Below are positions 26,192-41,610 of a stretch of 64,000 bases of DNA, piece by piece. The first letter of the stretch is position 1; each line of letters opens with the position of its first letter. This DNA comes from Dimorphilus gyrociliatus. Its lineage: Eukaryota > Animalia > Annelida. Position numbers and translations under genes: made by a program. The DNA lies in assembly GCA_904063045.1 (NCBI GenBank), contig CAJFCJ010000010.1, forward strand, positions 1,364,001-1,428,000, in the 5' to 3' direction. The notes below the pieces were generated by a model. It had not been told where the DNA came from. It ran no database searches and worked only from the letters and a program-made list of their open reading frames with translations.

Positions 26192-28975
26192 GTTATTTTA
26201 TTCTTCACCTAAAATTTAATAGCCATTCGTTTATTTTCACTTCAAAATAATGACATTAAACTTGATATTAATCCGATCTAATAATTGCATATATATTCGA
26301 GGTAAAAACATCACTGGATGTTGAACTCTTTCTCTCCTTCTTTCTTCTCTTTATCCTTAATAAAAAAAAGAGAGAAAAAAATACTACTCCCTTTAATTGA
26401 AAAAATGATTCCTGGTATTAGATCTATTGAACTTTCGATGTAAACTGCATTTATCTGCAACGTATATACGTTTTATGCAATAAAGTAATACAATCGAATG
26501 CAATAAGGACATTGAAAGGTATGCATATCTGGAACGTATATCTGATAATTGATATAGTTAATGACTTATTTAATTACTGAACCTCCATCTTTATCAATCA
26601 TTTATGAAACATATTTTAGACCTATACATTTATCATCTTTTATATTCAAAGAGGAAAAATACAAAAAACTAAGAACCATAAATAATCTGATTATCATTTA
26701 ACGATCCAACATAATTGCAATTCTAGATAATAAAATCTACAATTTTATGATTAATTCAAACAAGTATAATCTTGATATAAGTCACATTTTTTTATAAATA
26801 ACTTAATAATAATAGTAGTAATAGTTTATTTCTTTTTATATATTTCTTTTATTGCAAGCAGTTCTTTAATTTCGTTTCATTCTACAAAAGTATATTCGAT
26901 AGAATGAGACTACATAGAACAAAAGATAAAAAAAAGACTAGTAGAGAATATATTGAATTGTTGTTAGCCGCCGGATATTTTCATGGGCTAAAATTAAAAG
27001 TTTATCGGTATTCAACAAAGTAATAAGTTGGGCCGACTCAACCGTATGAAATTGGCAAATTGGAAATGTAATTGTGATTCGTGGGAGGCGAGTCATGCTT
27101 TGTAATTATTCGAACGTTGATTTTTCACAGTCTATCCTTCTTCCCTTTTTTTATCTAATAAAGTTCTCACTTTATACTCTCTTTTTTGTCTAAATCCAAG
27201 CTAATCATTTCTCAAGAAGGAACAAGTTTGTTACGAATTAAGTTAAGGGATACTACTACCTGAAAAAATGATATATATATATATCATATATATATATATA
27301 GATTATTTTGACAAACAATATAGACAAAAGAAAATCTAGTTTCAATCCTTTAACACTTTACTTTCAAAGGAAACCTATTCAACTAGGCTTAATCAAAATA
27401 ATTGATTTTACAATTAAGCATTTTATATTTTTAATCCTGATAGTATTTTTAAAAATCCTTTATTAAATAAAGAAAGATAAGAATTATAACAAAATTGATA
27501 GATAGACCTAAGTTTTTTTTTATTTATTATTAAAAAACAAAGAGTATTCAAGACGCTTGAAATTATTTTAATATATTTAATATATACAGTATATATAAAA
27601 ACTATATTTAGAATAAGTCTTTTTAAAATGATAAATGAAAAAAAAACTCTAAAAGTAACTCTGCAGTAAAGGAAAACAAGTTGAAAATTTTATCTGAATA
27701 TTGCGTGTTTTTCTTCATTAAGTGAAAACAATTCGTTTTTTAGTTCTGAAACTTGTGTATTATTACAACTATGAGTAGAAAAATACAGTAAAATATAACA
27801 GAAAACAATAGTTAACTCATATAAATAAGAGAAAGAAAGAAAATGATTAATAGAGATTTTTTTTTACCTTAAATGAAAGTGAGAAGAAATGTAAATCTCT
27901 GCTTAATCTTCTCTTTACTACTTCTATCTATTTTCTCTTGTCAAATATCTTTCTTATCTATACGAGTATTTTTTCTGGTTAACTTTATTCGAAAAATTAA
28001 ATTAAGTGTAACAGTTTGTTGTTTTTAGTTCGTATTGAACTTAATATAGTTGTACCTATATCTATTAACTGGTGAGGATGAGTTAATTAGTATATATATT
28101 CCTCCATTCTTATGCGTACATCTCTTATAAACACTCTTAATTGCCTCTTTAACTAACGGGAAAGAAAAGGGTATGTCTAAAAACGACTGAATTATTCAAT
28201 ATTACATTCACAGCTTATTTTATAATTTATAGAAATAAAGAAATAGGTAAAAAAAGAAATGGATTAACAACCGGAAAACGTTGAAAAACGTCTTTTCCAT
28301 CGTTAAATGAATTCCTGCTGGCACGCATTAGACAAACTAGTTGTACGTATCCGATTTATTAATTAGTAACTACTAAGTGATGCTGCTGTATAACGCTAGT
28401 CAACTAGAGGGTAACCTTCTCCAGCTCTCCTTTTTTATAAGCTATAAATTTAGGGCTTCATTAAAATATACACAATATTATATATTACATAAAAAGATGT
28501 TTCCAACACGCAGCCGTTACATTTTAAAAAAGCTAATTGAAACAGAAATTCAACCCTTATCAACTTGGATCGGAAATGATTCTTCCCTTAACATTTTTGT
28601 GTAATAGAACATCTAAACCAAAAAAATTCTCTTCTATTGGATGTGCATTTTTTTTAGTAAACAGGCGAGAGAGCTAACTGCAAAGTTTAACAATAAAATA
28701 CATAATATCGGTATATAATAAATATGCAGACATGTATACTGTATATACAGTATATATATATGTATATGCATACATTGTATATATCAGATTATACATATAT
28801 AAAAACATGTATATATTCCTATGCACTGATACATATTATACGTTGTACACAAAATATATACTGTAAATACTCGAGAGGTTTCTCTATAACGAAATCATAG
28901 AGCGAGTACTTCGATGGGTTTATTTGTTTTCGTCCTTATTCGAATTGTATTCTTTTTTTCTCTCTTTTACCATTT

Positions 28976-31900
28976 CTAAGAAGGCGGTGCTGAAGGACAA
29001 AACTCTTCATCAAAGCTACATTGTAAACGTCGATTGGGGGAACAGTTTAATCTTTTCCTTCTAAAACTGTCTTCTTCGAATAGAGACGAATGCGACCTGA
29101 TCGATAAACCTGGACTAGAATTGGCTGATGACGGAAAATGAAGCGGCGATCCAGTTAACTGGAATTTTTTGAACGTTTGTTGCATTGCCTTATCGTGAAG
29201 AGGAACTAATTTCGCGGCACTCTTTCCATCCTTATTTCTATCGGATGGATTTGCTCTTGATCTTAGTAAAAGTTCAGCTATTTTATGAAAACCATTTTTT
29301 GCAGCTAGATGAAGCGGAGTATCCCCGTGAACATTCTTTGCTTGAACTTCGGCACCTTTCTTTAACAAATAGTCCGCTAACAAATCAAAATCCTCTTTCC
29401 TCCTCATTCTCTTGTAGTCGTGACGTTGTATGAGGACGCAGTGGAGGGGAGTATTACCAAAGCCATCTTCGACCTTTAAAGATAATTTATATCTTGAATT
29501 AAATTTACTGGACAGCTAATCAAAGATTAATGATAAATTATTATTTACAAATACGTACATGAATATCAGCTTGGTATCTTTCAACTAAAAATCGTACTGT
29601 TTCAATAAGACCTCTTTCACTGGCTAAATGTATGGCAGCTTTCTCCTCCAAATCACCCCAACATGCCATTTTGATATTCACATCTACAGATCTTGAAAGC
29701 ATGTCAATAACCGGTATATGACCTTCCTGAGCAGCAATATGTAAAGCGGAAGGACCTCTTTGGAGCAGAGAGAACACCTGAGCGTAGTGTTCCAGTAATA
29801 TTCTCACTAATTCAACATGACCGTATTTGCAAGCAATTTGCAATGGACTAATGCCATTCGAATCAACTTGATGAACATTTGCTCCTCTACAAAGGAGCAT
29901 TCTAGTAGCCCCACAATCTGCTTTTAAGACCGCTAAATGCAAAACTGTCTTTCCGTAATGGTCAGGCTCATTTACATGAGCGTTAGCGTCCAATAACAAT
30001 TCCATATTATCGTAAAGATGATTTTCTACTGCAACGTGTAACGGAGTTCGGAGATGAATTTTTCCCTTTATTACGATTGAAAGTAAATCTCAAGCTCTTT
30101 TTTCTTTCATTTATTTAATAAGTAAAATAATTACTCATCATTTTCCTCATCACTTAAGTTAATAAATACTTTTTACCTTAATTGACCCAACCTTGTACCT
30201 TGAATTGCCTATTTACCCCCTTTTCTATAGCCTTTTACTTTTCAAACAATTCTTTATCATTTCTCATCATAGCCCTTCCTCTTTTAATCTCCGGATAGAA
30301 TCTACCACTAATAGATGGCGCTGAATAACTAAAAAAACTATTAACTGCTTGACTAAATTGCCTTAATATTGTTTTTTTTTTACTAAATTATACTTCACAA
30401 GAAACATTTTAGATAAAAAAAAAGACTTCTCCTTAAATTAGGCAAATAAAGTGTCTTTTCCAGTCAAGTGAGAAACCTTGGAGATATTTTAAAGAGATTT
30501 TTTTAAGAGGAAAAACAAGATTTTACTTATTTACATAAAATCCTTGGATTAATTATCAGCTAGAAGTTCGTGTTAATACAGTATCTCAACATATATTTAT
30601 ATATATATATATATATAAACTTTACTGTCTTTTTATAGATATACTTAAGAAAATTAAACGTCCGTATCAACTATCAATCTAAATTAAATAGTGGAAGAAG
30701 GAGGGAAGAGGAACAAGAACTGAAAAGAAAAGAGATAGAAAGAAAAGGGTAAAGGGTAAGGGAATATAAGAGAAAAAAAGCTTAAATTATTTGAAATATT
30801 GATCCGTATAGTCGTATACTTTAATTACTTACGATCTAAGCAATCACATTCTGTCGATTTTCTCTTATTTTTCTTTCAAATCTAAATGTTTTTTTTTATT
30901 TTTCTTTTTTACATAGAATCTTATCCTTAAGATAAAAAAAAAGGAAAATGGAATCGATTATCTAATAAATTAACTATATAGAAATCCCTTTTTAATGTTG
31001 TGGTAAAATAAAAAAAGGCTTAATACTATTAAATTGAATGTTATTGGAATAATAACAAAAAAAAACACACCCTTCCCTAACCCTTCACATTTATTTTCAA
31101 GTTCACAGTTATGAAAGTGTACAGTATATACTGTATATATACAGTATATATAAATTTATATATCAAAGTTAGTACTATACCTAGGCCTCTCTGTCAATCG
31201 ATTATAAAAAAATTATGTACTGGTCATACTTAAATAATAGTAAAGTAAATTAAGTGGAGACATTACTCTAAATTATTTAGGTGGTGTAGCTTGGACATAA
31301 ATCAGCTTATAACGTTCATTAAAAAGTAAATTGTCTAGTTTTAGTACAAAGAATAATTACTCTTTATTCTTTATATACTAATATATAATCCTGAAATTAT
31401 CCTAGAAATTTGATTTAATGACCCCATTTTTTAATTTTAATATAACATTAACTATATCTCTACTTTACCAGAGACTCGTTTTTTATGTTACCCCCCAAAA
31501 AAGTACTCAAATTAGGTTTCCTATTGTTTCTATTAATCGAAAAGCCTGAGAGGTCATGTATACTGTAAGAGTAAGATAGACTTTTGTATATTATTTAAAT
31601 GTATTTAGTCTATTTAAACCAATTACTGTCACATTCCAGTTTTTTCCCAAAGCCGATACAATTTTGTTAGGGAATTTTATTGTTTTTTCATCTTTTTTTA
31701 GCGTCTGGACCTCTGCTCCCGTTTTGCTTCACGCTAAACTCTTAAATATTCAGACAGCCTATAGCATTATTTAGAAAATCGGTGGCTCCCTGAAGATTTT
31801 AATCCTTAACTCCCAACCTCAATCAAATCTTAATTAGACTACTCCATTATCTCTTTTCCCTTAACTATCGATAAATACTGATATCATAAAAAATACAAAC

Positions 31901-32365
31901 GAAATGGTAGATAATTCAAATGTTTCGAGAATCTGCCGCTTAGTATATCAGCTAGACGCATGCATACTGATTGAAGACAATTGAATAGAATGAAAGAGGA
32001 GAATGAAACTTAAATAAAAGGAAAACTAAACAGGCCTATTCGTTATCATGGTCTAGCTAGAATGATTCTTCTTATGTCTACAAAGACTTGAGAGTTACTT
32101 TAATCAGCTCCTTGCTAACAAAATTAACGCAAGCGCCTGAATCGATAAGGAAGCGAAGAATTTCACTATTTTCGCATTCCGCAGCAGCTAAAACTGCTGT
32201 TTCGTAATCGTTCGGCATCCTTTCTTCTCCATCCTTAACACAGAAAAATTGTACCTTGTCTTTCTTTTTTATCTTCTGATCGACAATGTGGCGGACGTCT
32301 TCCAGATTAGCATCTTGTATAGCTGCCAATAACTCTTGACCGAGTTTGTTATCCCCTTTTCCCAT
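28976..32365 (-). CDS. Ankyrin-repeat protein (about 9-10 repeats), 3 coding exons, first intron ~2 kb
   Basis: TAVLAAAE, RTPLHVAVEN, GKTVLHLAV, GISPLQIAC, GPSALHIAA, AAIHLAS, GNTPLHC, GDTPLHLAAKNG repeats joined at GT-AG sites; Ser-rich tail. Confidence 0.88.
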
Positions 32366-32595
32366 ATTTTCTCCTTTTTTCTCTCGTTTGATTATTTTTA
32401 TCCGGGTTTAGCCACTACAATTAAAAAAAAAGTACCAATGAGTGAATTTCTTTGTCAACGAAAATGAAATATGTTAAATCCATTTAAAAAAACCGATAAT
32501 TAATCCTCAACTTTATTTTTGAAATATACAAAATGACGACTTCATAAACCAGTTACACTTATTTTCAATATCCGTTCATCACTCATTCTTAAATG

Positions 32596-32634
32596 AGAAA
32601 GAGAGAGAGAGAGAGGTAGGGAGAGTGGGAGACG

Positions 32635-32694
<60 letters not shown>

Positions 32695-32700
32695 GAGGGA
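32596..32700. repeat. (GA)n-rich microsatellite upstream of the ankyrin gene ATG
   Basis: Long AG dinucleotide run; it explains spurious ORF 32542-32748. Confidence 0.9.
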
Positions 32701-34995
32701 AGAATGCAGACAGAAAAAATTAGAGCGAATGAGAAATAGACAAAACATTAGGTTACCTTAACTCTTCAATTACATAATAGTTCAATACATTTGCACTGAC
32801 GCGACTCCCTGCTACGTGGACAACATTAGTTAAATGTATAACGAAACTGTTCTACAGGTAATAAAAACCTCGTAAAAAGCCATTTTCTTAAAATATTAAA
32901 CGTTTAGCTTCATAATTATCTCAAATATAAGAAATAAAAGTAAAATTAGCGTAACTTTATTCTACTATCACTCATCCTACTTAATCCCTAAAGACGAAAT
33001 TGACCAAATTCTTAATGGCCACTATAAAAGAATAGAAAGCTTTAATACTTTCAATACGTCGGAAGAGGTATAAAAAAGAACTAGCCGAAAAAACGGTCGA
33101 ATCGTATTAGACTTGGATTTAGTCGGTCGTATTAAAAACCGTACGCAATTTGTCACCGTCGACGCCTCTAATAAAAGCGTCGATCAGCGAAAAACGTTTA
33201 TATAGGATTTTTTTCAATTGTTAGCCTCGTATTCAGGGCATGTTCGGGCGGGGATGAGGGCTAATTAGAGTGAAAATGAGGCGTCGAATCGAGGCGTTTG
33301 TCTAGATTATTAAGTTTGTCGAAACGGCGTCGGGAAACGAGCGATCTTATGAATAAATTATTAAAGAGAGACGGCCTCCTGCTTTCTTTTTTAAAAGCTT
33401 CTTTCGGGAATATCGAAGTTCTGCTTTTGATGTATTGATTGAATAACTGGAGGTGTTGAGATATATAGACGTCTGCGAACGCCTATTCTCAAAAAAAGAA
33501 ATATGTAAATAAATTATAATTAACCATATTCATTAAAACAATTACTTGGTAACGAAAAGCCTGTCTCGTCAATTATCAATGCTACAGTAGATATTAAGAG
33601 AAAATGATCCAAGGAACTGGACGTTAGGCACAGGCACTTAAGCAAAATTTTAACATAAGTTCCTTATATATTTATTAGACGAAACTGTATATTTTTTAAA
33701 TACACTCATTAGAAAATAGGTTTTATAAATTATTAACGGTTAAATTAATTGTTAAAATACCACTCGGAAGTGGTATGAATATTAATTAATCATTAAAAAA
33801 TCAAAATTTTATAGTATTTTAGTACAGTATAAATGATATTATATTTAATATACAGAAAGGACTGGGAAAAAATGCAAGAACTCTTTTGTCTATAATAATG
33901 AAGATTTCCAATTCCGTCGATATATAGATATATAAATAAATCTAGTATATCTCTATAAAGTATATACAATACACTAATATATATATATAAGTTTATATAT
34001 ATATATATATATATATACAGGAATATGCAACAATGCGAAATACAGAAAAGTCTTTCTCTCTTCTCTACACTTGTTTTTTAAGGTTTTATTCGCAGAGTAC
34101 ATTTCTTCACTTTTAAAGGGGTAAAAGTTAAAGCAACTATACACTAGGCCTAGCTTTAGTGTGAAATTTGTCGCTTCAGTCTATACATTTTCTCTCATCC
34201 TATTTGTCTAGCCTTGGCGCTTTTTTTTTCTCTTTCTCTCTCACTCTCTCTCTCTTTCTCTCTTTCTTTCTTTTACGTAACTTATCGCCAACGTTTAGCC
34301 TACTTAAGTCATACTTTCTAAATAATTTATTTAATAATAATTGCCATCGTTTCTCACGAAAGAGTTTGAGAGATTATTATAGTTTTTGTTTAATTAAGGC
34401 GTATTATACAGTATAATTTTATTATGTTTTCCTAATGTATTCGATTGGTTAGTAATTTTCATGTTGCATAAAATATTTTTAGTCATTAAAAGTACAAATT
34501 AAACGAATGGAACGTGCTTTTGAATACTTAAACTTTATAAATATGTTGAACATTCCTTTTTCTATTATCCACCCACATCACCCACTTCACCTTCCAATCG
34601 TACTTCTTTTCTCTTCAATAACTCAATAATTATTCTGAATGAATATATTCCTATTTAATATTCAATGTAATATTTTCATAGGCTCTCATTTAGGAATAAT
34701 CAAAGTAAAATATAAAGTTCATTACATTTTACTTTCATGTTAACAGCATCATTTTCTTTTACGGATGAATGATTACATATTTACGATCTTTATAAACTAA
34801 CCAACTCATAGATGGCGTAGTACATAATACAATATCTATTAAATTATTTAAAATATCTCTATGGGATTTGGGATTGAGCCCTAAAATTATTAATCCTTTA
34901 TTTTTCGAATACTTTCTTTCATTATTGATCAAGTATATTTTTAAAGTTTATAAGTACACTATATAGACATATATTTGTTATACAAACGCGTAAAA

Positions 34996-35028
<33 letters not shown>

Positions 35029-38000
35029 AGGATGTTCTTTAATTCATATTAATTTGGTTTGGTACTGTTAAACGTACTTGTTTTAAGAGGGGAAATATTT
35101 TTGAAATATATACTGACAGCTAATGTTTTTAATGGTAGCGTTTAATTAGTATATAAGGGTCGATTCTACTATAATCATACAACTTTGATCCGTGACGATG
35201 AAATTCTACTGCTTGATAAGATAATAATCGGATGTTTATAGTTAGACGATAGACAAATTACATTGTTTTCATCCTTTATCTAGATTACAATCATATTAAT
35301 ATTCTTTGATAGAAATACTTATATATTAGTACTGTATGTATATATAGATATATATATATAATGTATGAGAATCTTACTAATTTTACCCTCTTTAACAGTA
35401 TTATACTATTAATAGAGATTTGCATAAACTCTTTAATGATCAACACTTTACACAATTTCTATATTATCCTATTAATTAGTCGATTAATATCTTTGCAGGT
35501 GCGAATAAATCTTGTGTTTAGTTAAGATGCAAGCAATATGTAATTTTATACACTACTATTTCAAACACAATGTACATTGGTTATTTGCTAGATCCGTTAA
35601 TAAAAACATTCGTTTAATTTCCTGTTCATTTATAGAAGAAAGAAGTTTCTACTTTCTTCCTTAGCGGAGAATTCAGCTTTTTCTACTTTTTCTCTTTCTT
35701 ATTATTAGCACTATCTTTCCAATTGATTAAATACTATTTGTATTTATTTCAACAGAAAAGCAAAGTAAATTTTTTTTACGTCTTATCACGTGATCTATCT
35801 CTTTACTCCCCTTTTTTTCTACTGTCTTTCTCTGTCTCTCTGTATTCTTCTCTTAGTCTTTTCATCTTCATTTTTCCATAATTGCGCTGCGGTTTAGAGA
35901 GGTATCCAATAATTTTCTTTGTCATTGATAAATAAACGATCTAACACCTTCTCATCGAACTAGATTAGTCCACTTTTTACTTAAAACAAAGTTGAAGCAA
36001 AATTATAGAAGGGAAGAAGGAATGTAGCAAGCTTGAGGCTAGTGTAAATATTGTAATCGAGGAGAAAATACCAAAAATTGGATGGATTAAACGGCTAATC
36101 TTAGTAGTTTTCTTCTATTCGTTTTCTCCTTCTTTTCTTTTTCTTTTCCTTTCAACCTTAACTTAAATCATCTAACTACCTTATTTTCTTCTCTCTCTCT
36201 CTCTGTTTTCTTTTACAAAACAGTCATTGCTTCTACCTCTCTTCCACGTTTAGCTTATGTTTTTCCATTTGTTATAAATAGTTTTGCAAATAATTAAAAT
36301 TGCAATGTTCTATATAAAAAGACTCTGTATTAAATTCATTATAATCATTATTTTCCCATAGGGAATATAACTAAAATGCTTATGATGTTTCTCATATAAT
36401 AATAAATTCACAATTTTTAAATGTTACTATTAAATATAAAAGACAATAAAGCTTAGATATCTGAATATAGGGAAGAGATGGTATTAGAAAGAATAAATGA
36501 CATGGCCATTTTGTCGTTATATGTCTAATATTGACAAAAAGTATAGCAGCAACAGAGACAATATTCTATATATAGTGCATATTTCACAATATAGACTCGA
36601 TTAATTGGCGCTTTTCCATCAGTAGGTATATGATGTATCTATCTATAATGCTCTTTATATATGAAAACTATGCACATATACTTTTAAAATATACCTATAA
36701 ATATGAATATTAATGTGTTCATACTTATATATACATATAAATTTATATACATACTGTATATATACTCTATATATATTCTCATTAATTTATTATTAAATAA
36801 ATTGTACAAATTCTGTTTAAACTACTTTATTTCGTACTTTTCTCCATACATTTACATACGTTTGTACTTACAACGAGAAAATCTCAGCAATTTATCACCA
36901 AACATTTTTGCGTCGACGCTACGCCGTCGCTGATAAACGCTAAAGTGCCGGCTTCAAACCGACACTTGGTCATGTGACTTTGTCGATCGGTTTTCTACAC
37001 TTTTAAATTGGCTATCAAACCTGGTATAATTGATTAGTCGTTATCATTTTCTAATATTCAATATATTGCTTTATTTTGTTATTTGACCCAAAACATTTTT
37101 TTTTATTGCCTAGAAAATAGTGAAAAATAAGACGTTTGTAGGCTTAGAGTTTAAAATTATTATTATATGAATAAAAACATTTATAAAGGGGATCTAAGAA
37201 AAGAATATATCTTTTCACGATCTAGAGAAAAGTATAATTGGATTATGGATAGTATTAATGAAATTTATATGTCTTTCCCTATTAATTCCTGATATATTTG
37301 CATTTTTCTTTTACACAGTTAGTTTGTTGTCTACAGTTTGTCTTTTTTTTAAATTTAACGAATAATAGAATATACAATACGTACTGTATTTTATATCTTA
37401 ATATATAAATATTTCTCCCTTTACAACCAGAAAAAAATTGAGTTGATTGAATATAATTATATTATGGTTGGGTAATTTTATGAAATAACTAGTATTAGAG
37501 CCTAGAGACTTATTTTTTTATATATAATTACAACAAAAGATTTAGATTTGACCGTTATTTTTTTTATATATTATACACTCTACATTATTTCATATTTTAT
37601 TCATAAATAATAATTCTCCTTTTTACTATTTTTATACCTTGTTTTTAACTCTCTTTTCTCTATTTTTACCTTTTTTACTTTGTAAATATATGTAAATATA
37701 TATATATATATATATAATAAAAAAACCAATATAATAAATCATATTTTTTTGAAATTGTGCTTTAAAAAAAGGGGAAAGAAAGAAAGAAAGAAAGAAAAGA
37801 TGATCAATGACAAAGTTTTTCTTTTTATTTCATCAATAATCGATTATGAAGAAAAATTTATTAATATTTAATTAGTTCATATATTATATTTTAGTAAAAA
37901 TTTTCTATCTTTACTATTTATATAAAGTATATTTTCAGGGGGAAAAAATGGTGTTTTTAAAAAGAAAAAGTGTTCAAGGATAAACTTTATCACGTGACTA

Positions 38001-39666
38001 AAATCTATTATTTTTTTATTTTACCAGTGGCGTATGTAAAAATTTATTTTTTGACTTAATTGAAAAGTGTGACTGAAACATTTTTCTTGGAAGTAGAACG
38101 AATATATAAAGATATATATACTGTCCATATATTTTTTATCGGTTATTTCTACACTAACTCCACCTCCTCTCTTCCTCCTCTCTGCTACTTTTCTTTATTC
38201 TTTTATAACCTATTGTTTATTCTTTTCGTCTTCTGACAAAACTTAACCCAAAATATAGGTTTTAACTAAAAATTACTACTATTATTACAATTTATATCTA
38301 TAATGTATATATTGTCAAACACTAATAAATATGTCTAAATTGATGGAAACATTAATTAGGTTCATTTTACAGTGAAACGCTTCTTGTTTTCGAAATGATG
38401 TAAGAAGTATTAGAAGAAGAAGAAGAAGAAGAAGAAGGAGAAGGAGAAGGAGAAGTGGAAAGAGAAGGCAAAGGCGAAAAAAAAGACGAATTTTTTAACC
38501 CTTTATTGAATATATCAATGATGTTGAGAAGGTTTATTACTTGTATAACGAGAATAATACCAAAGCTAATATTTATTTATTTGTTTATTGAATATTTACA
38601 GGTCTAACCATGTAGCTAGAAAGCGTTCCAATACTCCTACGCAAAATATATTATACACTCTGCACACATATTTTATTATATTCATATATACAGTTTTCCA
38701 TATATATTCTGTGTACATACTTTACATGCTGAATAAATGAATAATGAAATATTTAAATACTGATTGGAATGGATTGAAAAGTAAGAGAATGGGCAAGTCA
38801 ACCTAAATTGACTTTGTTATTATTAATCTATATAGTGATGAATTGTATTTTTACACACATGTAGGTCTATAATATTTGATATTGTAAGTAAACCGTCTGG
38901 TGAAAGAGTATTGAATGTAATGCTTCGCTGGGTAAAGCATCTCTTCAAAGACCTCTATTGAGTGACCTATTCTACGTAATAAGATACAAAGCGTCTATTT
39001 CATACACACATATACATACTATATAAAGAGATTCAATTAAGAGCGTTACTTTTCATTCGGAAAAATAGAATTAATATAATACTCAGAATCGATTAGCTTC
39101 CTGTTCGTGAATTTTATACGAATTGTACCCGATTTAATGCGAGTATAAGTAAACAAAATCAATATAGAAATTATGCTCTTGTAAATATTTAAACGCTTGA
39201 TAACTGATGCTTCTCTTTAGCAAAAAAAACTGGTATGTAAACCCATAAAAGCGGAAGTATTATAAAAAAATATTAAGGAATCAAAATTATAGAATTTAAC
39301 GCCATCTATTAACAAATTTTACTTTGAAATTTATCTCTCTCCTCCCTCCCCCTCCCTCCCCCTCCCCACCTACTCTCTCTATCTCTCTATCTCTATCTTT
39401 TATTTTTCAACTTCATAATTTTTACTTTGAATTAATTCTATATTTTTCAGACATATCTTGTTTCGTTCTCTCTCACTCTATTATCTCAACCAAAAGTACG
39501 CATAAATTAAAAGCAGAAGAGAGGCAAAATTAATGACGTGCATAGAAAGATTATAAATACTATCTAAATAAAAGTCGACAAACCTCTTCTTTAAAGTGTT
39601 GAAAAGCAAAACTAGTAGGACTATCTACTTATGAAAATCCTCTTTTCTTCTTCTTCTTCTTCTTCT

Positions 39667-39699
<33 letters not shown>

Positions 39700-41110
39700 C
39701 TCTGTCTCCTTCTTTATATATCTAGTATATGCCGACGTTCTTTCTCTAAAGATTTTTAACGACGAACAAAGTATTTTTGCGCTTTATCTTCCGAAAAACC
39801 GCTCAAGGGGATTTTATGACGTCACATGAGACTTTGGTACGAAGACAGCTTGGAAATTAGTTTCACTTTTAACTTTTTGGTTTATTTTATTTTATTTCTT
39901 ATGTCTAATCAGAAAAACATATTTAATTAAACTTTAAAGTTAAATTCTTAGTCATTTAGGTTTTATGTTATCGTTTATATAGGCCTAATTTACCTAAATT
40001 AGTCTCTTTAAATCCATATAAAACTTATATTTGATGATAAAGGAGATTGGTTGATTAGTTGAAGCTTAGAGGAAGTGAAGTTAATTGACTAGTAAAGTAG
40101 TTAGTAAGGAAAAAAAGGATTTTATTGAATTAGGAGGGAGCATCCTAAGTTGAGGCCAATCATCAGTTGAAGTGGATTCTTTTTAGAACAATTGAACTTA
40201 ATTAAAGCTAGTAGTTAATTAATTTTCTGGAAGCGGTTAAAAGGCGTGCTGCACCGCTTCCTCTTTTTCGCGTTTCACCGAGCGCATCGAACGCCGGGGC
40301 GTCTAGGGGCGTCTATTTTTTTTTTATAAGCATATATTAAGTTTCTCTCTTACGCGTTCGTTATTAAGAAGAATCGACAATCACTTCTATTTATATTCGA
40401 TTCTCATTGGAGCATTTTTATCTTCCGAGGAAAATACTGATAATCCAGAATGTTTAGCGTTGAAGCGCCCTCTTAAGATTTTTTTCAAAGAAACAAAAAA
40501 AAAACACATATCCAAGTGAATATGTTAGCAGATTTCGAACTTTAAGTATATTAAATTCTTTAAACGACAGAAAAATATTTATATAATCTTCCACCAAGTA
40601 TTACGAAAGAATGAAAAAATCTAAAGTGGTTTTTTTTGCCTAAAAAGATTGGTGTTTAATTTGACGCATAATTCAATTCTGCGAGTCGCTTTCAGCTCAG
40701 CAACAAGTCCAACTTTATATCGAAAAAGATGGGGCGAAAAAAGGAGGGAGAGAGAGAGAGAAAGAAAGACGGGGGAAGAGGGATAAAGCTGTAGTGGTTT
40801 TTAAAAGATTCTCCAGTCAATTATCGATCTTTTCAGCCTCCAATTAAGCCTAGCTTAATTAAGCCATTGGGTGAGTTAAATCTGGATCTAATGAGCTTGG
40901 CATAATCTTCTTCATACCCTATTACAATAGGGAGCCTTTTTCCATTTAGTTTTTGTCATACAGTACAAGACGAAGACTTGAAGCGGTACAAATTGGTTTT
41001 TTTTCCTGATCGCAGTTGCCTAACCATAAATTTCGTGGAAATCTCCTTTTTTATCCATATTTCAGTTATATCAATTGTATAAATCTTTCTATTTGTATAC
41101 AACCAAAGCA

Positions 41111-41141
<31 letters not shown>

Positions 41142-41529
41142 CGGTTTTGTACGTATATTGATGTCAAATAGCTATGTTTATGTCACAGATGAATCTTTGT
41201 TTATTTATAACAAAAAATTAAAATCTAATAGATAATTAGATCCCATATTGTTTTAGACATGTAATCGCATCTTTCCCGCAAGAAAAGACTTATTTTTTAT
41301 GTAATAAGTAATAATTTATTAAAGACAAACAGAAATAGAAAAAAGAAAAAAAAACTGCAGTATATATCTTATATTTTATAGACATATTCTTTAAGAAAAA
41401 ATAGAGAAGATTGGTTTAGAGTTTGCAGTGCTCTTTTGTCGGCTCATCTGTATTATATTGCTACAATAACTCTTATTAATTCCGTATAGATATTTGTTTT
41501 TCGTAGTGTTTGTTTTTTGTTTCCTCCTC

Positions 41530-41610
41530 CTTCATCATCATCATCATCATCATCTTCTACTTCGTCTTCTTCTTCTTCTTCTTCTTTCATTCTTTCTTTC
41601 TTTCTTTTTT
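41530..41610. repeat. Compound (TCA)n/(TCT)n/(TTTC)n microsatellite
   Basis: Directly visible; it explains spurious ORFs 41510-41695 and 41517-41723. Confidence 0.85.

Noticed and set aside
40868-40885. CCAGATTTAACTC on the minus strand resembling miR-750
   Set aside because: There is a seed mismatch, the 3' half diverges and no convincing hairpin forms.
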